Below are positions 1 to 9,748 of a DNA stretch of 64,000 bases, piece by piece. Origin of the DNA: an uncultured Gammaproteobacteria bacterium (GTDB taxonomy: Bacteria; Patescibacteriota; Patescibacteriia; UBA9934); NCBI GenBank assembly GCA_964613815.1, contig CAZTKG010000001.1:136895-200894 (forward strand). Reading direction: 5' to 3'. Below the pieces are notes generated by a model. The model had not been told where the DNA came from and ran no database searches. It was given only the letters and a program-made list of their open reading frames with translations. How positions within the stretch are numbered: the stretch's first letter is position 1; each line of letters begins with the position of its first letter. Position numbers and translations under genes: made by a program.

Positions 1-1390
1 TTCGCACTGGATGTCTGGCGTTCACTATTTCTTCTTGCTCTAGTGAAGTAAACATTAAAGCCTTATAAATATCTATCTTTTTCAACTGAGCCTCCGTCAT
101 TCCGAGCATTTTTTCCGCTGACTTGTTGACCAATACGATTTTTCCCTCGATATCGGTTGCTATGGTTCCTTCGGCGAGAGCTAAGAGAAGTGCATGATCC
201 TTGGCTTTTGCACGCTTTAATTCAGACAGTGTTCTCCGCAAGCTTGCTGTTCGTTTTTTTACTGTTCGTTCAAGTACTTGGTTTGCTGACAACAGCTGGC
301 CTGCCATGTGCTTGAAACTTCTTGCGAGAATTCCTGTCTCATTATTTGAACCGTCTGGGATATCTGATTCAACGAATTCTCCTTTTTCAATCTTTTTTGC
401 TGCGAATGTTAGGTTTATAATTGGCTCGATCACTAAATGTCCCATGGAGTACGCAAGTACACCGAGGAGAAGCAGAATCAATATTATGCTAAAAATTACA
501 TAATACGCTAAGAGAAACACCGGGTTTATGATCTCTGCGAAGTCTTTTTTCAAGATCAAACCCCAAGAAAGCTCATCGATGAGGACGGTTGCCGCAAAGA
601 CTCTCTCACCGCGGTAGTCAATTGAGTGTTGATGGATACCTTCGGAGCCGATGAGTGAAAGCGCGTACGGAGACGATGCGCCTACCTCGTCTACGACGAG
701 TGATGTCTGTGTGTCTTCTGATGGGTCCCTTGGGGGCGTTATTAGCTGAGCTCCGCCGCCGTCGAGAGGTCTCACAAGTTGAAACTCCCCTGTCTGAGAA
801 AGCGCTTCGTAGTTTTTCTGAAGATCTAGGATTGGTGATAGGTCGACTTCTGCAACGATTACTCCTCCACGGACAACGCCGTATAGTGGACTAGAGATAT
901 ATGCTGTAAGACTGTCTTGGTTTGCTGAAAAATTTGTCAGTTTCTTGTTTATCGAGGCGTCTTGGAAAAATTCGAAATTGTCCAAATGAGACCCAATGGA
1001 AAATCCGTTAAACTCCGATAAAAGAAGTCCGTCAGAGTCTAGAATAAACGCATCTGATAAGTATTCTTGTTCTGCTGTGATCGTGTCTAGGGTTGCATTC
1101 AGAATCTGCTGGTTTTGTTCGGATCTTTCTATGTACAGTCCCGTTATTGCGTTGAGAAGCACCGTGTCCTCAGACATAGCTTCAAACGAGGCTTGAAATT
1201 CATCAACGAGCTCCGTTACCCTCCGTTCGTTAATGTCTGCTAAATAGACAAGCTCTTCTACCTCTCGCTCTGTGTTCTTTTGATTAAATGTCAAGAGCAT
1301 TAACCCAAAAATAATGAGCGGAACAATAAAAATGAGAGAAAAGAAAATGAAAAACTGTTTGTGTATCTGTAGATCTGAAAACCGTTTCAT
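1..1390 (-). CDS. Sensor signalling protein, N-terminal part (ATG at 1390; C-terminus beyond the left window edge). Architecture: N-terminal TM, extracellular Cache-like region, second TM, HAMP-like segment, start of a PAS domain.
   Basis: Manual translation of the minus strand from the ATG at 1390 gives MKRFSDLQIHKQFFIFFSLIFIVPLIIFGLMLL... It continues open to position 1 and ends in ...KAKDHALLLALAEGTIATDIEGKIVLVNKSAEKMLGMTEAQL (PAS-like). It is absent from the ORF track only because it has no stop within the window. Confidence 0.5.
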   Translation of the reverse strand, partial: MKRFSDLQIHKQFFIFFSLIFIVPLIIFGLMLLTFNQKNTEREVEELVYLADINERRVTELVDEFQASFEAMSEDTVLLNAITGLYIERSEQNQQILNATLDTITAEQEYLSDAFILDSDGLLLSEFNGFSIGSHLDNFEFFQDASINKKLTNFSANQDSLTAYISSPLYGVVRGGVIVAEVDLSPILDLQKNYEALSQTGEFQLVRPLDGGGAQLITPPRDPSEDTQTSLVVDEVGASSPYALSLIGSEGIHQHSIDYRGERVFAATVLIDELSWGLILKKDFAEIINPVFLLAYYVIFSIILILLLLGVLAYSMGHLVIEPIINLTFAAKKIEKGEFVESDIPDGSNNETGILARSFKHMAGQLLSANQVLERTVKKRTASLRRTLSELKRAKAKDHALLLALAEGTIATDIEGKIVLVNKSAEKMLGMTEAQLKKIDIYKALMFTSLEQEEIVNARHPVR

Positions 1391-1396
1391 AGATCT

Positions 1397-2311
1397 CTAA
1401 TGAGGCTTTGCGGTCAATACTAAATTGCTACTTGAGCAAACTCCGCCAACCCCTGCGAGCGGTACCTCCATGTTCCAATAGAGTGTTCTTGTTGAATTTG
1501 TTGCATCATCGTCTCTGTATAAGACGTTGATGTCTGTGTCTGCATTTATTCCTGTGAGGTCGGTTGATGCCCCGTCACTATGAGCGACGTCTGTGAGGGC
1601 CCATTCGATGTTTCCTCTCGGCAGCAGCCCTGATCCACATGTCAAGTTCCCATCTGTCATTTTTACTTCCAGGTCCGCTTCATCGTTTCCTGCTTGAGAA
1701 ATAATGCTCTCCACATTATTTCCAACAGTTGTCTTTGCTCCAAGCCCCATTGTTCCAAAACTCACAGATGGCGGGATTGTCAGCGCAAGCAATACCTGCA
1801 CTTCCTTGGTTACCGAGGTGTCTGTATCTGAGAGTTCGCCGTCACTGACCGTGACCTCCACTTGCCAATTATCTGATGGAAAACGCCCAATGCCAACCGT
1901 TGAATCAATCCAATACTCTAAGTCAATGAGACAGTCGTACTCTTTTTGGTCAAGATCTAGATTGTTTCGCAGTGAGCACCCAGTTTTCCGATAGCAATTG
2001 TTTTTGTCTGTTGTGCAGCTTGGACCTCCTGCAACGCTACTTCTGTAAAAAACAGCATCGACGGAGTCAATGTCGTCTCTCCCGTCCGTGTCCTGAACAA
2101 TTCCATTGATGTGAATTGTTTTTGTCCCACCGGCGATCAGATTATTGATAATCCCTCCTGAATAGCTGTCGGACTGAGCGTACGCTGCTGAGCTTATAAA
2201 TACGAATTCAACCGTTGGTGTTGCCCCTGCGCCCTTAACCTGCAAAGTGCCTATAAAGAACATTCCCGCTATTGTCGAAATGACTGCGGCTGAGGTGATA
2301 ATTCGTTTCAT
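1397..2311 (-). CDS. Secreted cysteine-containing hypothetical protein (paralog of 2647..3633)
   Basis: N-terminal signal peptide (MKRIITSAAVISTIAGMFFIGTLQVKG). Shares motifs with the neighbouring 328-aa protein (NNLI..G.T..I.INGI..D.DG.DI.SV, QAGND.ADL.VKM.D..TC, G..PR.NI.WALT, YR.DD...T.TLYW...VPL). Confidence 0.6.
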   Translation of the reverse strand: MKRIITSAAVISTIAGMFFIGTLQVKGAGATPTVEFVFISSAAYAQSDSYSGGIINNLIAGGTKTIHINGIVQDTDGRDDIDSVDAVFYRSSVAGGPSCTTDKNNCYRKTGCSLRNNLDLDQKEYDCLIDLEYWIDSTVGIGRFPSDNWQVEVTVSDGELSDTDTSVTKEVQVLLALTIPPSVSFGTMGLGAKTTVGNNVESIISQAGNDEADLEVKMTDGNLTCGSGLLPRGNIEWALTDVAHSDGASTDLTGINADTDINVLYRDDDATNSTRTLYWNMEVPLAGVGGVCSSSNLVLTAKPH

Positions 2312-2346
2312 ATTTAGTTAGATGATACCACAGGATCATTGTCTCA

Positions 2347-2386
2347 AAAATAAAACAACCGCGATTTCGCGGTTGTTTTATTTAGG
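2347..2386 (-). terminator. Rho-independent terminator (perfect hairpin AAAACAACCGCGATTTCGCGGTTGTTTT with flanking A/T runs), possibly bidirectional
   Basis: Seen directly: 11-bp stem, 4-nt loop, and a T-run on the minus strand after the small ORF 2389..2628. Confidence 0.55.
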
Positions 2387-2388
2387 GT

Positions 2389-2628
2389 CTATTCTACATC
2401 TACTGAAGCGGTCACATCGCTTGTACCATCTGTTACGTTTACTGATGCTGAAACGTTTCCATTTGATACATCTCCTCCTTCATCAACCGATGAAGGACTT
2501 GGAGCCGCTATTGGATCTACCGACACCGTTCCTTCGCTTGACGTACTCATGTAAGCGATAGAAACGACGAGGAAGCCACATAACAGCGCGAGCACCACCG
2601 CAAGCCCTGAAAGCATTTTGGTGTTCAT
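2389..2628 (-). CDS. Small secreted/membrane protein (79 aa), hypothetical
   Basis: ORF with a hydrophobic signal-like N-terminus (MNTKMLSGLAVVLALLCGFLVVSIAYM) followed by an S/T/D/V-rich low-complexity region. Sits between two secreted paralogs and is followed by a strong terminator. Confidence 0.35.
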   Translation of the reverse strand: MNTKMLSGLAVVLALLCGFLVVSIAYMSTSSEGTVSVDPIAAPSPSSVDEGGDVSNGNVSASVNVTDGTSDVTASVDVE

Positions 2629-2646
2629 AGTCTTCAGGTCAATTTA

Positions 2647-3633
2647 TTATGCAGCAATTGCGTCCATGACAAGAGTTGACGTGCAGCTACCCTCTGTTCC
2701 GAGTGGGACAAAGATATCCCAGTAAAGAGTGTCTGTGAGTGCAGCTCCGTCGTCTGTTCGATATCCTATTGCAATATCCGTGTCGACCTCAGTATCTGTT
2801 AGAGCCGTTGCTGAAGCCCATAGGACTCCTTCCGTGAGAGCCCACCGGATGTTAGCCCTTGGAATGGTCCCGCGAACGGTACAGGTCATATCATCAGCTA
2901 ACATTTTGACGCGAATGTCTGCTACATCGTTCCCTTCTTGCTCAATTGACTGCTCAACATCGTTTGCTGCTGTTGTCGTCGTGTTTGGTGCAAGACTCCC
3001 CCATGCGATCGTATCTGCAGGGTCGAGCGCTGCCAGTAGACCCATCTCGTTTGTTAGCGTATTCGTTACGTCACCCTGTCCGTCGTTAGCTGTAACTAGT
3101 GTTGTCCAGGTTTCCCCAGCAGCTACCCCGCCAGTAATAGTTGAGTCAGCATAGAACTGGATAGCGAACTGGCAAGAGTAGTCGAGTTGTTGTGCATTTC
3201 CTGCGCCTAGGTTTTTGTTGCAAGTTGCGTCGTAGTAACAGGTGTTGTTGTCTGTCTCGCTTGCCTCATCACAGTCAGCGTCTGCGATGCTTGACCGTCG
3301 GAATGAGCCAGTGACTGATGCAATGTCTCCCTCACCGTTATCGTCTGTGATTCGACCGTTTACAAAAATATTTCGCGTACTTGCCTGAACTAAGTTATTG
3401 ATCGTCCCCCCTGCTCCACTGTACCCGTGAGTGAAGGTCGTTGAGTTGGCGTCCGTGAGGAAGATCGTGTTAACCACCGGCGCCTGGTTTGTCACCGTTA
3501 CTGAGGCGTCCTCTGCCTGGGAGTTGATCATGACAAGCGCAATGACTACGAAGACGGCGATAAGAAGAAGTGCCGCTCCGAGAATCATGTGCATGCCACC
3601 AGCATTGTTTGAATCTGGCATATTTGTTTGCAA
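2647..3633 (-). CDS. Secreted cysteine-containing hypothetical protein (paralog of 1397..2311)
   Basis: Hydrophobic signal/TM segment (MHMILGAALLLIAVFVVIALVMI), conserved Cys positions and shared motifs with the 304-aa neighbour. The start codon may be an internal Met. Confidence 0.6.
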   Translation of the reverse strand: MQTNMPDSNNAGGMHMILGAALLLIAVFVVIALVMINSQAEDASVTVTNQAPVVNTIFLTDANSTTFTHGYSGAGGTINNLVQASTRNIFVNGRITDDNGEGDIASVTGSFRRSSIADADCDEASETDNNTCYYDATCNKNLGAGNAQQLDYSCQFAIQFYADSTITGGVAAGETWTTLVTANDGQGDVTNTLTNEMGLLAALDPADTIAWGSLAPNTTTTAANDVEQSIEQEGNDVADIRVKMLADDMTCTVRGTIPRANIRWALTEGVLWASATALTDTEVDTDIAIGYRTDDGAALTDTLYWDIFVPLGTEGSCTSTLVMDAIAA

Positions 3634-3675
3634 TGAATTATATGTATTAGTTAATGAATAGATTATACCGTAGCA

Positions 3676-5022
3676 TCAGCTAGGATCGGCATTGTTTGTG
3701 GATACTTTTTTGCTTTCCCCTGGAGATACTGGGCCTACCGTCTGATCTGACTCCATGGCAACTCGCGTGCCTTGGCTTTTTCTTTTCCGGATGATTGCGG
3801 CAAAGCCAATGATGAACAGAATTGCAATAATGATGAGCCCCCATGATGTAAGCGTGCTCACGTCAATGGCCGTTCCTGAAAAAATCTGTACTGATTCCTC
3901 TTCGTTGATGTTGATTTCGACTGTTTCTGGCGTTGTTTTTTTGTTTCCGTACTGTACGTACGCCGTCAGTTCATAGCCTCCCATTTCATCAAATTCCAAT
4001 ATCTGGTCGAAGTTCACGGAATCTCCAGGCTTTACCGCCAGCTCCTCTCCGCGAAGGAGCTCGATGTACTCACCGTCTCTGTAAACGTCAATGTAGAGTG
4101 TAGCGGTTATTGAGACCTCTCCCGTGTTTTCAAAAATTGTTTCGTACTTAATTTTCTCTCCCTGATTGTAGCTCGTTTTGTTTGTAGTTGCTGCACTTAT
4201 CGTCCCTGCCTGCGCATGCGTCCCCTCTTTATAAACGTTAAAAGGCTGGGAGGCCATGCTTGAAATAATGTCGTCTCCGTCATAGAAATGCACCATCGCA
4301 TTGTAAGAGCCGATAATCAGATTTGATGGCTGAATGATTGTAAACTCTGTTGACTCTCCCGGTGGAGCGATTTCAATGTCAGCGGAATCGACGGCGATTA
4401 ACGCCGTGTTCGTTGCATCTTCTTGGTCATTTGCCTCAATGTCTATTCTTGTTGGTTTCCATTCTACATTTCCAGTGTTTGCCACCGTATATGTGAGTGA
4501 CATCGGCATTCCCTCCTCCGGCTGGTCTACCTCTGCACTTCGTATTTCGCGCCCAATCACCTCGTCTCCAGTTACCGTGAAGTTTATGATAGCTGTTGCC
4601 CCTGTGATTACATAAATTCTTGCCGAACCTACGTTCGTTCCATCGGGGATGCTAGGCTTTGTTGTAAATGTCACCATGGCCTCATAGTCTCCGGTGGCGG
4701 CATCTTCTGGGTTAATTGTAAATGTGTAGTATTTACTCGACTCGCCGGCAGCAAATGTAAAGTCCCCAGGTAGATCTATATAATGCGCGTACTCGCCACC
4801 TGTCTCAACAAGTACCTCCTCTGGAGTACTTAGGTCCCCTGCCCTTGTCACGGACACGGTTTGATTAATTGTGGAGCCTCTCAGGACAGACTCTGCCGAA
4901 ATTACGGGCGGCGAAATGCCGATTGCTTGTGCGTCGAAGGCTGACAGCCCATAGCTGGTCATCATTAACGACATTGCAATAATTGCGATCGATAGCCTCT
5001 TGACTGTTCCTGTTTTCACCAT
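3676..5022 (-). CDS. Cell-surface protein with signal peptide and a C-terminal single TM anchor plus basic tail
   Basis: Signal peptide, then AIGISPPVISAESVL... The C-terminal end reads WGLIIIAILFIIGFAAIIRKRKSQ. The N-terminal domain resembles those of the 5883..7688 and 7696..9402 proteins (..PGTYEA.VTFT..). The architecture is reminiscent of DUF916/DUF3324-type surface proteins (inference). Confidence 0.55.
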   Translation of the reverse strand: MVKTGTVKRLSIAIIAMSLMMTSYGLSAFDAQAIGISPPVISAESVLRGSTINQTVSVTRAGDLSTPEEVLVETGGEYAHYIDLPGDFTFAAGESSKYYTFTINPEDAATGDYEAMVTFTTKPSIPDGTNVGSARIYVITGATAIINFTVTGDEVIGREIRSAEVDQPEEGMPMSLTYTVANTGNVEWKPTRIDIEANDQEDATNTALIAVDSADIEIAPPGESTEFTIIQPSNLIIGSYNAMVHFYDGDDIISSMASQPFNVYKEGTHAQAGTISAATTNKTSYNQGEKIKYETIFENTGEVSITATLYIDVYRDGEYIELLRGEELAVKPGDSVNFDQILEFDEMGGYELTAYVQYGNKKTTPETVEININEEESVQIFSGTAIDVSTLTSWGLIIIAILFIIGFAAIIRKRKSQGTRVAMESDQTVGPVSPGESKKVSTNNADPS

Positions 5023-5032
5023 ATTTTTTTGA

Positions 5033-5371
5033 TTACAAAGCTAAGAATGCTGCCAGAACGAGCAGCATCACGATTAGTGCAGCCAAGCCAAATAAAAACT
5101 TGACGTTGTCTGCTTTTTTTGAGAACTCAGCATAAGATGCTGTGTATGACCCTCCATCTGATCTCGCATTTAGTTTTTCAAAACTTTTTGCTCTGTCATT
5201 GAGTAGGATCGTTGATACCATCTTTGGATCGGTGATCAAGAAGCCGTGTACCAATGTTGACACAAGGAACCCGAGCGCAAAGCCCCAAAAAAGCTCGTAT
5301 TGGGTCACCTGTCCGGCCATACTAAAGCCGTGTCCAAGAACCGCCTTCACACCATATATCAGGTTTTGCAT
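5033..5371 (-). CDS. Small membrane protein, hypothetical (112 aa)
   Basis: ORF with a C-terminal hydrophobic helix (FLFGLAALIVMLLVLAAFLAL) and an internal hydrophobic stretch. Divergent from lepB. Confidence 0.4.
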   Translation of the reverse strand: MQNLIYGVKAVLGHGFSMAGQVTQYELFWGFALGFLVSTLVHGFLITDPKMVSTILLNDRAKSFEKLNARSDGGSYTASYAEFSKKADNVKFLFGLAALIVMLLVLAAFLAL

Positions 5372-5403
5372 AGTCTCCTTTTTCGTATGTTATTATACCA
5401 TAC

Positions 5404-5919
5404 ATGTCTACGCGATATCTTCTCAGAACCCTCCGCCTTACAACGATAATCGTTGTTGGAATCTTTCTCATCCGTTCATTTGTTGCTGAGCCCGGTCGGG
5501 TCAATGGACGCTCGATGGAACCAACATTTTACGACCATGAATCGTTTGCTATCAATAAATTTCTCCTCCTGTTCCGTCAACCAAAAAGAGGAGAGATCGT
5601 TCAATTAACCTCTCCTCGCCTTGGCGATCTCGTCATCAAACGCATTATAGGGCTCCCTGGCGAGACTGTGCATATTCAGCAAAATAGTGTCTTCATCACA
5701 GCGGTAGACGGCAGCTATTACAAACTTGATGAATCATATCTCCCTGACAATAGCGTCACCCGTCACGATGATGGCAATGTGTCTATTGGTCCACTTAGTC
5801 CATTTACTTACTACCTTCTTGGTGACAATAGGTACGAAAGTGGAGACTCAAGAGAATACGGCCCAGTACACAGATCTGCTATTTACGGCACCGTGATCAA
5901 ACTCCCTTCGCTCAACTGA
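5404..5919 (+). CDS. lepB: Signal peptidase I (S26 family)
   Basis: N-terminal TM. Catalytic Ser box GRSMEPT (compare GDSMxPT). Lys box KRIIGLPGETV. Box E GDNRYESGDSREYGPV. A -10-like TATTAT lies 7 nt upstream of the ATG, suggesting a possibly leaderless transcript. Confidence 0.85.
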   Translation: MSTRYLLRTLRLTTIIVVGIFLIRSFVAEPGRVNGRSMEPTFYDHESFAINKFLLLFRQPKRGEIVQLTSPRLGDLVIKRIIGLPGETVHIQQNSVFITAVDGSYYKLDESYLPDNSVTRHDDGNVSIGPLSPFTYYLLGDNRYESGDSREYGPVHRSAIYGTVIKLPSLN

Positions 5920-7688
5920 TGCAGGCGCATCCCTTGCTCCATGTTTTCCATAAATAGTTCAAAGGTTCCGTCTTCAGCGTTCACAAAATAAATGTTCCTG
6001 TCCTTGTCTTTCATGATGTATCTAGAATCTGTCATCTGATAAAATTCTGATCCGCTTGGTGCTCGAAAGACATTTCCATTTCTAAAAAATGCGAGTGAGC
6101 CAAACCACGTTGTCTTTATTGGCTCTTTTGAAAAAATGTCCTGTGATTGCGTTGTGTTTACGGGTACGAATTCTTTCTCCAGCTCCACTATACCGCCCTC
6201 CCATGGGTCTATAGTTTGCTTGTGACCCTGTTCATTTTTTAGCACAAGCATTCGTGTTTCATCCATTGCCCAACCAAACTGCACGACCTCTCCCTCGATC
6301 AAATCTGTTGCAATGATGCAGTCAGGACCTGCAGATATCGCGATCTCAGATAAACAGATGTACGAGGACCCGTCTTCAATGTCGATTCCACTAATTGCCA
6401 TGTAGTAGCCCCCGGGACTTTCTGAAATGGAAGCTATCGGTCCTGGGACCTGGCTTGTCGCAAATGCCTTTATTCCTTTCTCAACAAACACGTAAAATGC
6501 ACTTAGTGATTCGTTCTCTGCATTTCTTTCTGTTCCCAAGGGGAACGCGAAAGCATGATTGTCCTGGTTTCCAAGCACCATCCAGTCGCCCTCGAGATAA
6601 CTTGACGTCTTTGCCTGCAACTCATGCAGTGTCACTCTAGATGTATCAGGTTGAACCGTCGCAATCATCGTTATCCCTCCTCTCGACGACCCCTTTACGA
6701 GACTCTCGTGGTTATAAACCCATAAAATCATCAGTGATAACAACAGCGCGAGCGCGAGAAGGCCCAAAACCGCTGCGATCATTTTCTTTTGTTTGACAGG
6801 GAGATTGGCCAGAGGCCTACTGTCAACCTTGTCGTTTTTCACTAAAATGAAACCGCAAATAAACGATGCTATCCCGATTATTGAAAGGATCGTTTGCATC
6901 ATTGAAAGCGGGTTTGTAAATGGGACCCTGATCTCCCCCTCCAAGGTCTGATCCCCAACCTTCGCTACAACGTCATACCTTCCGCTTTTTGCCTGCTCAC
7001 TCAACGTGTACTGCCAAGTAATGTCTTCTGACCCGCCTGGCTGCATTGCTCCCGTTGCTGATGACTGTGTTGCTAGTGTCGTCCCTCTTCTTGAGACGGC
7101 GATTTCGTAGGGCGCCGAAACAAGAGGGATATCCGCTCTGTTCACAACTGTCCACGTGACCTGCACCGACTCCCCCGGCTTGAATGATTGCCCGATCGGA
7201 TAGCTCAGTTCTGATATTTCTAGAAATTCAATCTCTTTGTCTGTCACCTTTGTTGCGATTTCTTGTGCTGATTCTCGCACCTCGATGTGAATCCTAGCAG
7301 ATAGGGCGATTTTTATATTCACTGCCCCTCGCTCAGCAGCTTCTTCAGCCGTAAACGTAAGGATTGCCTCATATGTCCCTGGCTCTGCACCGTCGGCATT
7401 CGCAATAAATTGATAATCGAACTCATCCTGTCCTTTTTGAACATTTATTCTTGTGCCCCCAATGAGCTCGAGCATCCCTGACGCGTCCCCGCCTTTCGTT
7501 ACTTGGAAAAACTCGTCTTCTTTTGGATTTGCTCTCGTTAATTTAATGAAATCCTGCGCTTCTTCCCCTACTACAACGACAACTGTTTTTTCGCTTGGTG
7601 ACATTCCTACAACTGCATGCGCAACTCCCACGTGAAGAACTCCAACAGCTATAAGCAGCCCTAACACAACACTCGTAACTCGACTCAT
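5883..7688 (-). CDS. Surface/membrane protein: signal peptide, N-domain shared with neighbours, two TM helices, C-terminal (possibly beta-propeller-like) domain
   Basis: The ORF track extends to a TTG at 7703; the first ATG (MSRVTSVVLGLLIAVGV...) is at 7688. TM helices QTILSIIGIASFICGFILV and MIAAVLGLLALALLLSLMILWV. The N-domain motif PGTYEAILTFTA is shared with 3676..5022. Confidence 0.55.
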   Translation of the reverse strand: MSRVTSVVLGLLIAVGVLHVGVAHAVVGMSPSEKTVVVVVGEEAQDFIKLTRANPKEDEFFQVTKGGDASGMLELIGGTRINVQKGQDEFDYQFIANADGAEPGTYEAILTFTAEEAAERGAVNIKIALSARIHIEVRESAQEIATKVTDKEIEFLEISELSYPIGQSFKPGESVQVTWTVVNRADIPLVSAPYEIAVSRRGTTLATQSSATGAMQPGGSEDITWQYTLSEQAKSGRYDVVAKVGDQTLEGEIRVPFTNPLSMMQTILSIIGIASFICGFILVKNDKVDSRPLANLPVKQKKMIAAVLGLLALALLLSLMILWVYNHESLVKGSSRGGITMIATVQPDTSRVTLHELQAKTSSYLEGDWMVLGNQDNHAFAFPLGTERNAENESLSAFYVFVEKGIKAFATSQVPGPIASISESPGGYYMAISGIDIEDGSSYICLSEIAISAGPDCIIATDLIEGEVVQFGWAMDETRMLVLKNEQGHKQTIDPWEGGIVELEKEFVPVNTTQSQDIFSKEPIKTTWFGSLAFFRNGNVFRAPSGSEFYQMTDSRYIMKDKDRNIYFVNAEDGTFELFMENMEQGMRLHQLSEGSLITVP

Positions 7689-7695
7689 AGACCTC

Positions 7696-9402
7696 TTAAT
7701 CAAACAAGAAATTTAATACCCCCTTTACCCCCTCTGTTATTGTTTTTGTTACCGTTGATGCGGTTGATGCAACCGCTCTAGTCACTGCCCTTGCAGCACC
7801 TGACACCGCCCTTGTCGCAGGCTGAAAAACTGTCTCTGCCATTGGTTTTACCATATTTTTCACCGGAGCAAAAACAACGCTCGCTGCCTCGGATATTGCC
7901 GTTGTGACTGCGCCAGCATCCTTGTTTTTAAATTTGACAAGCGCCTCAGATGATCTTGTATTTCCTGCCTTGTCTATTGCTGTAACGATGAATACATATG
8001 AACCAGGCTGCATTGTTGGAAGGTACATCTTTCCGGTTTGCATTTCCGATGTCATCAACGGAGTACCATCCTGCTCTTCGTGCACAAGAAAGTACTCTAC
8101 CCCTGACATCTCGTCCGTTGTGCCATAAACGAGATATCTCGTCTCTCCGTCTTTTTCAACCTCTACGTCAAATGATTCTGGCGGTTCTGTGTCGACTGCG
8201 ATTCTGAACGAATGCATGGGGGACATATTTCCCTCCCGCTCCCTCATGATATGGAAGTGAGATTCTCCGTCCTCCACTCTTCCATTCCAAACAGGCCTAC
8301 TTGTTTGCCTTGTTAGTACGCCGTCGAGAACACTTGACGCTCTACTCAGCGCATACCAGTACACATCCCCGTCCTTGTGGCCCTGCATCCACTCAATGGA
8401 TACCCTATCTTCTCCGTACCAGTTGTGTTCTGACGGATGTGTTGCTGATGCAATATTCACTTCAGGGACCTGCACTGCCTCTTTTGCAATCTCCTCAACG
8501 ATCCCTGCCTCAGTCGTGTCTTCTGCGATATGACCCCCCTCATCTTCCGGACTCTCCTTTGTTGAAGATCTTCCGCTGGCAGGGCCCGCGTTTGGAACGC
8601 CAATGCCTGAATTTTGTTCAGATGCTGCAGGCTCACTCGTGTCCTCTGTGGTACTGCTCTCCGCCTCTGTCTGCTCACCATTACCCTCTTCGCTCTCGGA
8701 TTCGGTCTCGCTACCTGTCTCTTCTGCGTCTTCCTCGGCAACGACTTCTTCCGATTCAACGTCTTCCCCTTCCGTTTCGTCACCATCCTCAACCCCTTCC
8801 TCTTCATCAACTAGCTCATCTTCAGCTGTGTCACTATCCTCTTCTGCGGCTACGGTTCTTAGCCCACCGGATGCGCTCCCGCTGCCATCATCAGACACCC
8901 TTCCTCCAGAAACCGTGTATGTAATCAGTACAGCTACTCCCACCTCAACCCCAAGTCCCACGGCATAATTGGAACTTGTTGGCGCCGACATCCGCACGGC
9001 AACAAGTTCGCTATATGTTCCATCTACTGCCGTTTCCGGGCTGACCTTTACTGTTAATCTTATTTGAGATTCTCCATCTGGAATTGTTATCGATGCCGGT
9101 CCACCTATGAACCCGTCTGTTTCGTAACTTACTGCATACGTCTCTGCCGAACCCGCAGAAGACCTGACAATATTAAAAGAGGTATACGAGGTATCTTGTC
9201 TTTCGAGAACTCTCTCTACGACGATTACTGGTGGAGACGCGCCAATCGCATGCGCCTCTGAAAAAAACGCAAAATTTCCCACGCTGGCCATCCCGGCAAT
9301 GAGAAGTATTGATAGACACCTTTTTATGATCCCCTTCCTCGCTGTCACATTTGCTGATTTACGCACCAATGTACCCCCGAATCTTCTCAATAATCTCCGC
9401 AA
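7696..9402 (-). CDS. Secreted surface protein with a long acidic (D/E/S/T-rich) low-complexity linker and a C-terminal Ig-like domain
   Basis: Signal peptide ...CLSILLIAGMASVGNFAFFSEAHA. IGASPPVIVVERVL matches IGISPPVISAESVL of 3676..5022. An about 150-aa E/D-rich region. The track start is a TTG; the true start is uncertain. Confidence 0.55.
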   Translation of the reverse strand: MRRLLRRFGGTLVRKSANVTARKGIIKRCLSILLIAGMASVGNFAFFSEAHAIGASPPVIVVERVLERQDTSYTSFNIVRSSAGSAETYAVSYETDGFIGGPASITIPDGESQIRLTVKVSPETAVDGTYSELVAVRMSAPTSSNYAVGLGVEVGVAVLITYTVSGGRVSDDGSGSASGGLRTVAAEEDSDTAEDELVDEEEGVEDGDETEGEDVESEEVVAEEDAEETGSETESESEEGNGEQTEAESSTTEDTSEPAASEQNSGIGVPNAGPASGRSSTKESPEDEGGHIAEDTTEAGIVEEIAKEAVQVPEVNIASATHPSEHNWYGEDRVSIEWMQGHKDGDVYWYALSRASSVLDGVLTRQTSRPVWNGRVEDGESHFHIMREREGNMSPMHSFRIAVDTEPPESFDVEVEKDGETRYLVYGTTDEMSGVEYFLVHEEQDGTPLMTSEMQTGKMYLPTMQPGSYVFIVTAIDKAGNTRSSEALVKFKNKDAGAVTTAISEAASVVFAPVKNMVKPMAETVFQPATRAVSGAARAVTRAVASTASTVTKTITEGVKGVLNFLFD

Positions 9403-9736
9403 GCGGCGTGTCCGCCTTCACCACATAATCCTTAGCCCCAAGGTCCATACCGGTCTTGATGTCTGACTCCTGTCCAAGATTTGAGAGGATGATGACCGGC
9501 ACCGCTTTCAACGCGTCCGACTTCTGCATCTCCGTAAGAACGCCAAACCCGTCCATCTTTGGCATGATGATGTCGAGAAGTACCAAAGCCGGCACCTCGC
9601 GCTTCATTGACTCTACTGCCTCCAAGCCGTTTTCGGCGATTTCGATGTTGAACCCTTCTTTTGCGAGCTTTTTCTGGTAGACGCCTGCGATTGCTGCGTC
9701 GTCTTCTACGATGAGGATCTTGTTCTCGGTGGCCAT
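9359..9736 (-). CDS. Stand-alone response-regulator receiver (CheY-like) protein
   Basis: KILIVEDD..., conserved D (LDIIMPKMDG), T/S (ILSN), K (KDYVVKA). 125 aa with no output domain. Confidence 0.85.
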   Translation of the reverse strand: MATENKILIVEDDAAIAGVYQKKLAKEGFNIEIAENGLEAVESMKREVPALVLLDIIMPKMDGFGVLTEMQKSDALKAVPVIILSNLGQESDIKTGMDLGAKDYVVKADTPLAEIIEKIRGYIGA

Positions 9737-9748
9737 AGCGATGATAAA

